Shown here: one piece after another, positions 1 to 8,175 of the stretch
Layout: each line of letters starts with the position of its first letter
Numbering within the stretch: the stretch's first letter is position 1
Source of the DNA: Nannocystaceae bacterium ST9
GTDB taxonomy: Bacteria > Myxococcota_A > Polyangia > Nannocystales > Nannocystaceae
Length of the DNA stretch: 64,000 nt
Assembly: GCA_048320885.1 (NCBI GenBank)
Contig: JBLWFJ010000001.1
Coordinates: 1,349,642-1,413,641 of the forward strand
Direction: 5' to 3'
The notes under the pieces: model-generated
Told to the model about the DNA's origin: nothing
Seen by the model: only the letters and a program-made list of their open reading frames with translations
The model's database searches: none
Position numbers and translations under genes: made by a program

Positions 1-382
1 TCAGCTCGGTGACGTCGAGGTTGATGACGTAGTTCTCGTACATCCGCCGGGCCTTCTTGAGGTGCTCGACGTCGTTCGAGAGGTCGTACCAGCGCGTGTA
101 GGCCTGGCCGAGATCGAAGAGCAGCGCGGGCTCCTGCGAGAGCTGGTAGGCGCGCTCGAAGTGGCCGATCGCCTGCTCGTAGTTGCCGAGCGCGTAGGCG
201 TCGCTGGCCAGCCGATACTCGGCCTTGGCCGCCTCGAGATCGATCTCGGCTTCGCCCTCGCCTTCCGCGGCACCGCCCCCACTCGCGGGCGCCTGCTCGA
301 TCGCCCAAGGGCTGAGCGCGCGCGCGTCGAAGGGGGCCATCGACAGGGCGAGGATCGTCACCGCGGCGATCAGTTGGCGCAC
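1..382 (-). CDS. TPR repeat protein with N-terminal signal peptide; 3' end runs off the window
   Basis: Minus-strand frame not listed in the track (its 3' end leaves the window). GTG at complement 380-382, then VRQLIAAVTILALSMAPF (signal-like), then TPR-like helices (AYALGNYEQAIGHFERAYQLSQEPALLFDLGQAYTRWYDL...). The plus ORF 62..448 is its antisense. Confidence 0.6.
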   Translation of the reverse strand, partial: MRQLIAAVTILALSMAPFDARALSPWAIEQAPASGGGAAEGEGEAEIDLEAAKAEYRLASDAYALGNYEQAIGHFERAYQLSQEPALLFDLGQAYTRWYDLSNDVEHLKKARRMYENYVINLDVTEL

Positions 383-1344
383 GTGAACCAACCCTCGGGC
401 GTCATCCCACAGCCGTTCGTGCAGCCGCTGATCACGACCTTGCCCTGAAAGCAGAGGTGCAGCTCGTTGCCGAAGCAGCCCAGTTGCTCGCCGACGCAGT
501 CGGGAGCCGCGATCGGCTGACAGGCGCAGGCCGCATCCCCGATCCCGCCGCAAGCGTCGACCGGCGCCCCGACGCCCAGGCAGATGTCGCCACAGACCGA
601 GGGGAAGAGGTCGGTCGACTCGAGCTGCATCTGATCGTTGCAGAGCAGCGGGATGCCGGCGTCTTCGGGCTCGGGCGCGCCCGAACAGTAGAAGCCGAAC
701 AGCACCTCGCAGTCGTCGCCGGGCTTGGGTCCAGGCGGATCGCCGGAGGTGTCGGTGGTCTCGCTCGTGTCGGTCGTGTCGGTCGAGGTGTCGAGCGTGT
801 CGCTCGACGACGAGTCCATCGTGTCGCTCGACGACGTGTCGACGTCGTCGCTCGACGTGTCGAGCGTGTCGCTCGACGACGAGTCCAGCGTGGTCTCGAC
901 CGACTCGCCCGACTCGGTGCCCTCGCCGATCAGCTCGGCGCAGTCGGCCGCGAGCTCGCCGAGCACCAAGACCTCGCCGGCATCGGGCACGCCGACCTCG
1001 TCGTAGACCGCGATCGCGTCGGCCTCGGCGATCGGCCCCGCGGCTGGCTCGACGAACCACCCGACCCGAAAGCGGGCTCGCTCGACGTCGCCATGCTTGC
1101 GATAGCCGACCGTCGCGTAGCCGTCGGCGAAGGTGCTGGCCGCGATGTCGTCGAAGGGCACTTCGAAGGTCTCGACCACCGTGCCCTCGCCGTCGTAGCC
1201 GGTGATCTCGACGGTGACCGACTGCGGCTCGATGCCCGCGAACTCGCAGGGGTAGAGTCGGAGCTCGACGAGTTCTTCGGCCCGGCAGCCTGGGAGGGCG
1301 CCAGGCAGCGCGAGCGCGAGCAGTAGGGCCCTGAACCGGCTCAT
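370..1344 (-). CDS. Secreted lipoprotein with S/D/T-rich repeat linker and Cys-rich C-terminal domain
   Basis: Internal Met of ORF 370..1560: MSRFRALLLALALPGALPGC (lipobox), SSSDTLDTSSDD... low-complexity repeats, about 20 Cys in the last ~110 aa. The ATG overlaps the upstream gene's stop as ATGA (1341-1344). Confidence 0.65.
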   Translation of the reverse strand: MSRFRALLLALALPGALPGCRAEELVELRLYPCEFAGIEPQSVTVEITGYDGEGTVVETFEVPFDDIAASTFADGYATVGYRKHGDVERARFRVGWFVEPAAGPIAEADAIAVYDEVGVPDAGEVLVLGELAADCAELIGEGTESGESVETTLDSSSSDTLDTSSDDVDTSSSDTMDSSSSDTLDTSTDTTDTSETTDTSGDPPGPKPGDDCEVLFGFYCSGAPEPEDAGIPLLCNDQMQLESTDLFPSVCGDICLGVGAPVDACGGIGDAACACQPIAAPDCVGEQLGCFGNELHLCFQGKVVISGCTNGCGMTPEGWFTCAN

Positions 1345-2632
1345 CGCGAGTCTCGAAGCGAGCGCAACTCTACCAGGCCCGGGCCGAACTCGACACGGAC
1401 CAGGTGGGGGTGCGCCCAGCCGAGCTCGATCGTCCGGGCCTTCGACCCGCTGAACACCTCGATCAACCAACGGCACCAGCCGGGGTGCGGAGCGTCGTTC
1501 CCCGAGCGCGCGGGCTCGAAGCGCACCCACATCCAAGGCAGCTTGTGACGTAGGCTCCACTGCTTGGCGAACTCCCGCATCTGCCGGGCCACCGCGCGCT
1601 GGTTGACGTCGCTGAGGTAGGCCGTGACGTAGGTGTTGTAGGCGATCACCGGGGCGACCGGGTGATCGGGCAGCGCCGATTGGAGGAAGTCGACGAGCTC
1701 GTCGGGCAGCTCCATCGTGCGCAGCTCGGCTGGGACCAGGCTGCGCTCGCGCACGTGGCGGCGATGGACCTCGATGCCCTCGCGCATCCGCTCGAGCCGA
1801 CGTCGCTGATCGCCCCAGACACAGGCTTCGAGGGTGACCTCGGCGTCCGGCTTGCCGAGATCGATCGGGTTGATGTCACCGCCGACCCGCCGCAGCACCT
1901 CGGGTCCGGCTCGCTCGGCCTCGCCGAATTCCTCGAGCGCCGGCTGGGGCCCGCTGCACGGGATCAAGAAGGGCTCGCGCTGACCGCCCTTGCGCGGGTC
2001 GAAGCCACGCCCGAGCCGCAGTCGCGCGCTGCGGCTCCACGCGAGTTCGAACGCACGCTGCTCGGCGTAGAGATTGAGCCCCGCCGCGCATCCGAGCTCG
2101 ACGAGGTACACGGCCTCCGCCCCAACGCACACGGCCGGCAACAACCAAGCGATCCCCCGCGAGGTCTCGTTGCTCTGCACCCGCCAGGTCTTGGCCCGCT
2201 GGAAGAGCTCGTCGCCGAGCCGCTCGGCGGCCCGCAAGAGTCGACCCGCGAACTCGGCATCGAAGGGATCGCGCGCGTCCGGCCCGTCGCCCTCCGGCAC
2301 GGTCGTGTAGTAGGGCCGCAGCTCGACCACGCGCGGGTCGTTTTGCAGCACGTACCAGTGCAGGCAGGCGTGGAGGCGCAAGGTCGGCTCGAGATCGTTG
2401 ATCCACGCGCCTTCGAGGCTGGGGTCGCCGACTTCGAGCAGATCGACCACGCGCTCGGCCGCACGCTGGACCGCCTCGGGGTTGCCGAGCTCGCGCCCTC
2501 GTGCGTCGGGATCGCTCAACCAGCCGACGACCTGCTCGAGCAGAGCGGCGGTCAACGGCGAATAGCCTCGCACGAACAACGCTTGGAGGCGAAGGCTCGA
2601 GCAGTGTCGGTCCCATGCCGGGTCGCGCGGCA
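1341..2632 (-). CDS. DUF2332-like conserved hypothetical protein
   Basis: ORF 1341..2858, start assigned at MPRDPAW (ATG complement 2630-2632). Motifs LVELGCAAGLNLY, GGDINPIDLGKPDAEVTLEACVWGD and LGWAHPH resemble the DUF2332 family as I recall it. The stop overlaps the downstream start (ATGA). Confidence 0.6.
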
Positions 2633-2794
2633 TGTCGTCCCTGTACCACCAATGTCCCGCATTCCCAACTGCCGCGTCGTCCACGTGACCGACGACCACT
2701 GGTCTTTTCTGCACCGTGAATGCGATTCGAATAGCGCCTGACCCGCGGACGATGGCTTGCGGGGTGAGGGGAGTTCTGAAACCATCCCCCGACC

Positions 2795-3967
2795 GTGAAG
2801 GGCCGGTTGCGACCTGTCGACTATCTGGGCTGGGCGCTGACCGTCCCTGCCCAGGCACGTTTCGACCTCACGGGCAGCGGTGTCCCGGACACCTGCGGAC
2901 CGGGGTCGCTGGTCGGCCGCGAAGGGGTCGGCGAGGACGAGCCGCCCGGGTTGCCCGGTCCGGACTGGGCCCCCGATCTCGCGCTCGCCGATCTCTGCCG
3001 CCGCGATCATCGACCCGAGCTCCACGCCGACTTCCTGCGGGTGGTGGCCGCCCGCTACGGCGTCGCGCCGGAGTGCGTGGTCCCGACGCTGGGCGCCAGC
3101 CAAGCCATCCCGCACGTGCTCTTCGCCCTCGCCCGCCCTGGCGATCACGTGATCGTCGAGCGCCCGACCTACGAACCGCTGCACCGCGTCCCGGAAATGT
3201 TGGGGCTCTCGGTGTCGAGGCTCGAGCGAAAGATCGAGGAGGGTTGGAGTCCGCTCCCCGATCGACTCGCTCGCCTGCTCACGCCCAAGACCCGGGCCGT
3301 GATCCTGACCAACCTCCACAACCCCACGGGCGTCGCCATGCGGACCGAGACCCTGGTCGCGATTGGCGAGATGGCCGCGCGAGTCGGAGCCGCGGTGCTG
3401 GTCGACGAGGTCTACCTCGACTTCGCGTTCGACTCGTCGGGCGAGACCCAGCCCTGGCGACCCGCGGCGGTCGCGATCGACAACGGCGTGAGCTGGTCGT
3501 CGACCACCAAGTGCTTCGGGTTCTCGGCCTTGCGCGCCGGCTGGGTCGTCACCCGCGACCTCGAGCTCGCTCAGGCCCTGCGTGCGTCCGCGCTCTATTT
3601 TCATGTCGACACTCCCCTGGCCTCGCTCGCCTTGGCCACGCGTGTGATGCGACACGCACCCGAGTTGGCGGCCCGCGCCAACCGATCGATCGAGCGTGTG
3701 AGAACGGTCGTCGATCGCTGGATCGCGAGCGAGCCCCGTGTGACCTGGATCCCACCCTCCGCGGGCCAGACCGGCCTCGTCCGCCTGCCCGATCTCATGC
3801 AGGACCTCGTGTTCGCCCAGCACCTGCGCGAGCGCTACGACACCCAAGTCGTCCCCGGCGCAATGTTCGAAGCCCCCGGCGCCGTCCGGCTGAGCTTCAA
3901 CCTCCCGCTCGAGGTGCTCGAGCAAGCGCTCGCAAATTTCTCCGCCGCGCTGGATGACTTGGCATGA
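2795..3967 (+). CDS. PLP-dependent aminotransferase (class I/II fold)
   Basis: 390 aa. Contains SSTTKCFG (PLP-lysine motif), TNLHNPTG and a conserved fold pattern. Divergent from the DUF2332 gene. Confidence 0.8.
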   Translation: MKGRLRPVDYLGWALTVPAQARFDLTGSGVPDTCGPGSLVGREGVGEDEPPGLPGPDWAPDLALADLCRRDHRPELHADFLRVVAARYGVAPECVVPTLGASQAIPHVLFALARPGDHVIVERPTYEPLHRVPEMLGLSVSRLERKIEEGWSPLPDRLARLLTPKTRAVILTNLHNPTGVAMRTETLVAIGEMAARVGAAVLVDEVYLDFAFDSSGETQPWRPAAVAIDNGVSWSSTTKCFGFSALRAGWVVTRDLELAQALRASALYFHVDTPLASLALATRVMRHAPELAARANRSIERVRTVVDRWIASEPRVTWIPPSAGQTGLVRLPDLMQDLVFAQHLRERYDTQVVPGAMFEAPGAVRLSFNLPLEVLEQALANFSAALDDLA

Positions 3968-3976
3968 GCTCCAATA

Positions 3977-4026
3977 GGGAGGCCGCGCCGCGCGGCCTCC
4001 CCCTCAGCTCGCTCCGCGAGCTGAGG
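3977..4026 (+). terminator. Two adjacent perfect GC hairpins just after the aminotransferase stop
   Basis: gggaggccgcg-ccg-cgcggcctccc (11-bp stem, 3977-4001) then cctcagctcg-ctccg-cgagctgagg (10-bp stem, 4002-4026). They sit at the left edge of the large inverted-repeat element. Confidence 0.45.
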
Positions 4027-4462
4027 AACCCCCTCCATGCGACCCTGCCTACGTGGGGCATTGCGTGGTTCCCCTGCTCGGGCCGTCTCGCCCTCGCGGG
4101 GAATGGACAACGGGTTCGGCTTCGCCTCCCCTCGCTCCCTGCTTCGGCGAGATCCCTTCGCCGAAGCAGAACCAACCTGCGCCGAAGCAGAACCAACCTG
4201 CGCCGAAGCAGAACCAAACTGCGCCGAAGCAGAACCAGCCTGCGCCGAAGCAGAACCAAACTGCGCCGAAGCAGAACCAAACTGCGCCGAAGCAGAACCA
4301 AACTGCGCCGAAGCAAACGACCCTCCGCCGAAGCGAGCAAGGGGAGCGAAGCGAACCCGCTGTCCATTCCCCGCGAGGGCGAGACGGCCCGAGCAGGGGA
4401 ACCACGCAATACCCCAAGTAGGCAGAGCCGCGTGGAGGGGGTTCCTCGAGCGAAGCTCGAGG
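3996..4462. repeat. Nested palindromic element: ~150-bp imperfect inverted-repeat arms flanking 8 x 21-bp tandem repeats
   Basis: Left arm ~3996-4150 and right arm ~4300-4462 are near-identical reverse complements; the core gcgtggttcccctgctcgggccgtctcgccctcgcggggaatggaca is perfect. The six-frame ORFs on both strands mirror each other here (MGYCVVPLLGPSRPRGEWT / MGHCVVPLLGPSRPRGEWT). Confidence 0.8.
4152..4320. repeat. 21-bp tandem repeat x8 (cgccgaagcagaaccaa[a/c]ctg)
   Basis: Direct reading of the sequence. The unit reads as the 7-aa PKQNQ[PT]A or AEAEP[TN]C in different frames. It lies in the loop of the inverted-repeat element. Confidence 0.85.
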
Positions 4463-4495
4463 GGGAGGCCGGCGGACGGCCTCCCTATTTCAGCC

Positions 4496-5239
4496 TCAGA
4501 ACCGCCACTCGACGATCAGCGGCAAGATCTGGATCGGCAGCGAGAACGCCGGATCCTTGTCGATCCCCTGGTTCGGCGGATGGTTGCGGTGGATCATCAG
4601 GCTCGGCCGAAATTCGACGTCGAGGCCGATCGCAAGCTCGCGCAGCAGGAAGAGCCGCAGGCCGACGCCGGCTTGGAAGCCGAGGGTCCAGCTGAGCTCG
4701 CGGCTCTGCTCGCGGGTGCCGTAGAGGTTCGGGTACTTCCAGAATCCGCCGGCCAGGCCGCCGCGGAAGATCGGGACCAGGAAGGGCGCCTTCTCGATGT
4801 AGAGCTTGTAGGTGTAGCCCAGCCAGACGTCGGCGCCGGCGACCGTGCCGGCGTCGCAGGTGCCGGTCTGGTTGTCCATGCCACACGAGGGCATGCGGAA
4901 GTCCTTGTACCCACCGCGATCGAAGAGCCCGGCGACGCCGATGTGAACCCAGTGCGCGCGGTGGATCTGGCGGTCGTACTGGATCCCGATCCGACCGCGC
5001 GGGACGTAGCCGACGATCCCGACCTGAACGGGCGCGAGCAGCGAGATCGCGTTGCCTCCGTACACGAAGTCCGGCAGCTTGAACCCGGTGTCCTGGCTCG
5101 AGGGGTTGGGCTTGCTGGCCCCGCTCGTCGGCGGCCCGGCGAGCGCCTCCGGGGCGAGCGCGAGCAGGATCATCGCGACGAGCAGAGGAAGGATCCGCTG
5201 GGCACGGGCTCGAAGTGGACGGGGGAGCGGACGTGACAT
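4496..5239 (-). CDS. Outer-membrane beta-barrel protein (hypothetical)
   Basis: 247 aa. Signal peptide MSRPLPRPLRARAQRILPLLVAMILLALAPEALA, alternating amphipathic beta-strand pattern, C-terminal ...IVEWRF (terminal aromatic). Confidence 0.65.
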   Translation of the reverse strand: MSRPLPRPLRARAQRILPLLVAMILLALAPEALAGPPTSGASKPNPSSQDTGFKLPDFVYGGNAISLLAPVQVGIVGYVPRGRIGIQYDRQIHRAHWVHIGVAGLFDRGGYKDFRMPSCGMDNQTGTCDAGTVAGADVWLGYTYKLYIEKAPFLVPIFRGGLAGGFWKYPNLYGTREQSRELSWTLGFQAGVGLRLFLLRELAIGLDVEFRPSLMIHRNHPPNQGIDKDPAFSLPIQILPLIVEWRF

Positions 5240-5283
5240 CGGACGCGACCGAATAAACCACGGGCTGCTATGCTTGGCCAGCC

Positions 5284-5913
5284 GTGTACCCCCTGTTCCT
5301 GCTCGCCGTGCTCACGGTGCTCACGCTCGGACTGGCCCAGCGCCTCGGCCTGCTGGGCGACACGACCCTGATGATCGGGGCCTCGCTGCTCGGCGGCGTG
5401 ACCTTCCTTTCCGTTCACCCCGACCTCGACTGGATCGGCGAAGAACCGCAAGATCAGACCTGCGGACTCGAAGGCGAAGACGAGCTGGCGATCCGGGTCG
5501 AGCGAATTTCGGTCGATGACGCGCAGGCATTGCTGGGCGACGAGACCGTGACCTTCGTCGACGCTCGCAGCGGCGACGACTACGTGGCGGCGCACATCCC
5601 CGGCGCCGTGAGCCTGCCGGCCAGCGACGCGGCCGGGATCCTCGAGATCCAGTCGGTGCCGATCCTGCCCGAGGGGCAGGTCATCACCTACTGCAACGGT
5701 GGCGCCTGCGAGCAGTCCGAGTACCTCGGCGTGCTGCTGCGCGACCGCGAGGTCTGCAAGCAGGTCATGGTGCTCGAGGGCGGCTGGGCGGCGTGGGTCG
5801 AGGCCGCGGCGCCGACGGTCAGCGGCGAGGGCCAAGATGGATCGATCTCGGTCGACGTCGCGAACCCGAGCCCGAGCGAGCCCTGCGAGCCGAGCGAGGC
5901 GGTGCGCGGATGA
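5284..5913 (+). CDS. Rhodanese-domain sulfurtransferase with N-terminal membrane anchor
   Basis: Active-site loop YCNGGACEQS, plus FVDARSGDDYVAAHIPGA; hydrophobic N-terminus. The stop overlaps the next start (ATGA 5910-5913). Confidence 0.7.
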   Translation: MYPLFLLAVLTVLTLGLAQRLGLLGDTTLMIGASLLGGVTFLSVHPDLDWIGEEPQDQTCGLEGEDELAIRVERISVDDAQALLGDETVTFVDARSGDDYVAAHIPGAVSLPASDAAGILEIQSVPILPEGQVITYCNGGACEQSEYLGVLLRDREVCKQVMVLEGGWAAWVEAAAPTVSGEGQDGSISVDVANPSPSEPCEPSEAVRG

Positions 5914-6374
5914 CCACGCTCGACACGACCTCGAAGGATCCCGAGTGGATGCGCGCGGCCGGCTGGATCGGTCGCTTGGTCGCGGGCGGCGTGTTCGTGT
6001 ACGCGGGCGGGCTCAAGCTGCTCGACCCGGCCGCGTTCGCGCAGGACATCGGCAACTATCAGGCCTTCCCCTGGTGGACCTGGAACCTCGCCGCCGCGGT
6101 CGTGCCGATCGCCGAGATCCTCGCCGGGCTCGCCCTGATCAGCGGCATCAAGCGGCGCGCCGGCGCGATCGTGCTCGGCTCGCTGACGGTCGCGTTCCTC
6201 GGCTTGATCGCCTCGGTGATCGTCCGCGGCATCGACTTGAACTGCGGCTGCTTCGGCGACGCGGCCGAGGCCAGCGCCGTCGGCTGGCCGCTCTTCTTCC
6301 GCGATCTCGCGCTGCTGGTCGCGATCGTCGCGGCCTACCTGCCGGCCGAGGCTCGCTCTTCGACCACGCCCTGA
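5910..6374 (+). CDS. DoxX/MauE-family membrane protein
   Basis: MTTLDTTSKDPEWMRAAGWIGRLVAGGVFVYAGGLKLLDP..., DLNCGCFG motif, 4 predicted TM helices. Translationally coupled to the rhodanese gene. Confidence 0.7.
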   Translation: MTTLDTTSKDPEWMRAAGWIGRLVAGGVFVYAGGLKLLDPAAFAQDIGNYQAFPWWTWNLAAAVVPIAEILAGLALISGIKRRAGAIVLGSLTVAFLGLIASVIVRGIDLNCGCFGDAAEASAVGWPLFFRDLALLVAIVAAYLPAEARSSTTP

Positions 6375-7354
6375 GCGTCCTCGGCCAGCGCCGCCGACTC
6401 GACCCGCGCAGCCGACTCAGACGCCGGCTCGGCCACCGGAGGGGGCCGGCCGATCAGGCTCCGCGCACGCGACCCGAGATCCCGCGCGAGCTTGGTCAGC
6501 GCGGCATAGTCGGAGTCCGACAAGAGCAGCATCTCCGCGCCGATCATGATCACCGCGAAGCTGTTGAGCCCCATGAACGAGAAGATCCCGAGGTGGAAGG
6601 AGATCGCACAGATCACCGCCACCCGACGCGGCCACGGCTTGCCGAAGAAGTAGACCCAGGGGAACGCGAGTTGGAGCATCAGCGGGGCCCAGGTCATCAG
6701 GCCGAGCAGGTAGCGGTTGTTCCAGATCAGCGCCCCGAACCCGGTCATGCCGAAGTCCTCCGAGGCGAGCACGTAGTAGAACGCCGTGCCGTTCTGCCAG
6801 TACTTGCCCGGCACCTTGGCGATGCCGGCGGTGAAGTACATGATCGAGATCTGGATCGCGCAGGCCAAGAGCGCGGCGTTGTGCAGCGTGATCCGAGTCC
6901 GCGACATCGGCTTGCCCTGGGCCGGCGAGTTCCACAGGTCGGCGAAGATCGCGAAGATCATGATGATCTCGGCCAGGTTGTCGCCGCCGTCCCAGAGCGC
7001 CGGACAGCGTGCATGCAGGCTGTGGACGACCCACCAGGCCAAGAGCGTTCCGACGTGGCCGCCCAAGCCGACGGTCCACAGGCCGAGCACGACCAGACCG
7101 GCGAGGTACCCGAACCACTGCCAGGCGTTGCTCCCGGACAGCGCCATGTACGAGTAGTGGATCCGGCCGAAGCTGGCGGCGAAGCCATCGTAGGGAAAGA
7201 TCGACCCCGGGCCCATCAACAGGTCGAACTGGCCGATGAGCATCGTCAACTGCAAGAGCAGCGCGGTGCCGACGATGACGCGGAACAGCACCGCGCCCCG
7301 GAGTTGGCGAGGCTCCTCGCTGAAGGAGTCCAAGACACGCGTGATTTCATTCAT
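6335..7354 (-). CDS. HTTM-domain (vitamin K-dependent gamma-carboxylase-like) integral membrane protein
   Basis: 339 aa, multi-TM, LRGAVLFRVIVGTALL... typical HTTM N-terminus. The start ATG overlaps the upstream stop (ATGAATGA at 7347-7354). Confidence 0.65.
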   Translation of the reverse strand: MNEITRVLDSFSEEPRQLRGAVLFRVIVGTALLLQLTMLIGQFDLLMGPGSIFPYDGFAASFGRIHYSYMALSGSNAWQWFGYLAGLVVLGLWTVGLGGHVGTLLAWWVVHSLHARCPALWDGGDNLAEIIMIFAIFADLWNSPAQGKPMSRTRITLHNAALLACAIQISIMYFTAGIAKVPGKYWQNGTAFYYVLASEDFGMTGFGALIWNNRYLLGLMTWAPLMLQLAFPWVYFFGKPWPRRVAVICAISFHLGIFSFMGLNSFAVIMIGAEMLLLSDSDYAALTKLARDLGSRARSLIGRPPPVAEPASESAARVESAALAEDAQGVVEERASAGR

Positions 7355-8165
7355 GGAAGTCGACCTCGGTCGGAGTCGGCGACGCGATCGGACCCGCTGG
7401 TTCCGTCAGCCCGGCTGCTTTCTGTTCGAAGTAGAGATCGAGGTACTCGCGGGCGCGGACATCGAGATCCTCGATCTCGGCGGGCCGCAGCCACGGCACG
7501 CTGACCGCGGTCGGCTCCTCGACGTGGTCGGGATCGTTGCGGTACGAATAGGGCGTGATCTTGCGGGTGACGATCCGGTAGCGGATGCGATCGACCTCGC
7601 CGACGCCATCCTGCCGACAGTAGTGCCAGATCAGGTGGTAGGCCGTGCGGCTCGAGGCGATGTTCTCGGCGACCTTGTGGGCGATCAGATCGTTGATCGC
7701 GTCGCGCTGCTCGGGCGGGGCCTCGTCGAGGCTGGCGATCAACTGATCGAGCAGGACGTCTTGACCGCCCAAGGTCGCGAGCACCGCGGCTTGCTCGATC
7801 CGGCGCAGGCGACCGGCGGGCCCGAAGCGGCGCCCCGCGTGGCTCTCGAGCAGCTCGTCGCCGCGGCTCAGCCACTCGGTCTCGACGCCGTCGCGATCGC
7901 ACTGGTAGTCGAGCCGGCGATCGAGCAGCGGCGGATCGGGGGCGAACAGAGTCCAGCGCTGACGGAAGAGCGGCTCGAGGTACGCGAGCGCCTCGTTGCG
8001 CCAGTGCAGACCGACGACGCTGACCGAGTTGAGATAGACGGCCGTGATCGTGAAGTGCACGGTCAAGACCGCCAAGCAGGCGACCGTCAGCGCTCGCGTG
8101 CGCCACGAGGGGGCCGCGAGCTGGGGTGGATTCGACGCGACTCGGGGATCGGGTTGGCTCGACAT
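7347..8165 (-). CDS. DUF5819-like protein (frequent HTTM partner)
   Basis: 272 aa with an N-terminal TM (LTVACLAVLTVHFTITAVYL). Sits immediately upstream of, and coupled with, the HTTM gene. Confidence 0.55.
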   Translation of the reverse strand: MSSQPDPRVASNPPQLAAPSWRTRALTVACLAVLTVHFTITAVYLNSVSVVGLHWRNEALAYLEPLFRQRWTLFAPDPPLLDRRLDYQCDRDGVETEWLSRGDELLESHAGRRFGPAGRLRRIEQAAVLATLGGQDVLLDQLIASLDEAPPEQRDAINDLIAHKVAENIASSRTAYHLIWHYCRQDGVGEVDRIRYRIVTRKITPYSYRNDPDHVEEPTAVSVPWLRPAEIEDLDVRAREYLDLYFEQKAAGLTEPAGPIASPTPTEVDFHE

Positions 8166-8175
8166 GACTCTCGGC

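Noticed and set aside
2552-3957. Long ORFs 2552..3925(-) and 2716..3957(+) overlapping the aminotransferase gene
   Set aside because: Arg/Ala/Gly-rich, low-complexity translations typical of off-frame or antisense reading in 70% GC DNA. The third frame gives a clean PLP aminotransferase.
4053-4421. 122-aa ORFs on both strands across the inverted repeat, including the heptad PKQNQPA repeat
   Set aside because: The two ORFs are mirror images generated by the palindrome, they lack RBS and homology, and they sit in a convergent terminator zone. I treated them as a DNA-level repeat element rather than a gene, though a repeat protein cannot be fully excluded.
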